A program made the translations under genes and the position numbers. A model generated the notes under the pieces. It was given only the letters and a program-made list of their open reading frames with translations, was not told the origin of the DNA and did not search any database. From positions 23,870,001-23,934,000 of the forward strand of contig OX597837.1 of assembly GCA_951406725.2 (NCBI GenBank): a stretch of 64,000 bases of DNA, written 5' to 3'. Shown here one piece after another: positions 62,972-64,000 of this stretch; within the stretch, counting starts at the first letter, position 1, and each line of letters begins with the position of its first letter. The stretch is from Octopus vulgaris (lineage: Eukaryota).

Positions 62972-64000
62972 ATGTTTGTGTGTGTGTGTGTGTTTGTGAT
63001 AGAGCGTGTATGGCAATATGTGTGTGTGTCTGTGAGTGTATGACAATGTGTATGTGTCTGTGTGAGTGTATGGCAATGTGTTTGTGTGTATGAGTGTATG
63101 ACTGCATGCATATGTGTGTGTGCTAGTGTATGACTAAGTGTGTGTAAGTGTGTTGTGAGAGTACATGATTATGTGTGAGAATATCTGTGTGTGTGTGTAG
63201 GTCTATGTGTGTGTAAGAGTGTATGATAATGTGTGAATGTATGACAACGTGTGTGTGTGTATGTGATTGTGTATGACTCCATGTGTGTATGTATGTGTGA
63301 GTGTATGACTAGGTATGTCTGTGAGTATGTATGTGTACATCTATTACTGTATGTGTGTGAGAGTATGATTACATGTGAGCATATAGCAATGTATGTGTGT
63401 GTGTAAGTGTATGACTGGGCATGTATATGTGTGAGTATGATTACATGTGTGTGTGTGTGTCTGTATGATTGTATGACTGAGTGTGTCTATGTGTGTTTAA
63501 GTCTATGACTATGTGTGTGTGAGAGTATAATTATGTGTGAGTATGTATGATTATGTGCATGTATGTGTATGTATTTGTGTGTGTGTGTGAGCCTATCACT
63601 AGGTGTGTGTATGTGTGTGTGTGAGTGTATGGTTGTGTGTGTTTTTGGGAAATTGAGTGCATGTCTGTGGCTGAGTATTATGTGTGTTTGTGTGTATGTA
63701 CACGTGTGTGTATGCTTGTGTAATTGTGAATGTGTCTATGACTATTGTGTGTGTGCAATTGTATGCATATTTGTGACTGAGTATTGTGTGTGTGTGTGTG
63801 TGTGTCTGTATGTGTGCATATATATGACTGAGTACTGTGTCTTTGATTATGTATCTGTATCTGTGTGTGTGTCTGTATGTGTGCATATATATGACTGAGT
63901 ACTGTGTCTTTGATTATGTATCTGTATGTGTGTGTGTGTGTGTGTGTGTGCAATTGTATGCATATTTGTGACTGAGTATTGTGCGTGTGTGTGAGTGTGT
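62930..64000. repeat. (TG)n-rich degenerate satellite
   Basis: Directly visible. Confidence 0.9.

Overview
Eukaryotic, AT-rich, repeat-saturated DNA, almost all intronic. The SINE and microsatellite content looks like an Octopus (coleoid cephalopod) genome; this is recognition from memory, not a database result. Nearly all ORFs in the track are artefacts of microsatellites or SINE copies. I find three small + strand exons with canonical AG/GT sites and matching phases (14916-15026, 26276-26336, 49474-49566). They splice to MVRMIKMKSCLDAFRYLSSVATLRSYEHVNTKR-LYLAGLTTGVFTTWGMFYRN-VSMAAAVSDIGTESRSKWMADPVTSMEELEK, which reads as the mitochondrial presequence and N-terminus of coproporphyrinogen-III oxidase (CPOX); the catalytic exons probably lie beyond the window. 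The introns hold five recurring SINE families (my labels A, B, D, E, G), RTE-LINE 3' ends (label C), BovB-like, R4/Dong-like, HERO-like and Penelope-like remnants, decayed Tc1/mariner/maT transposases, and hAT and pogo-like MITEs. The most striking signal is about ten short type-I hammerhead-ribozyme-like motifs in non-coding elements. One of them is a tRNA-headed SINE with a hammerhead tail, inserted as a single head-to-head fold-back dimer (14-bp TSD) 76 bp upstream of the third exon. Repeat boundaries were read by eye and are approximate unless a TSD or TIR is quoted.
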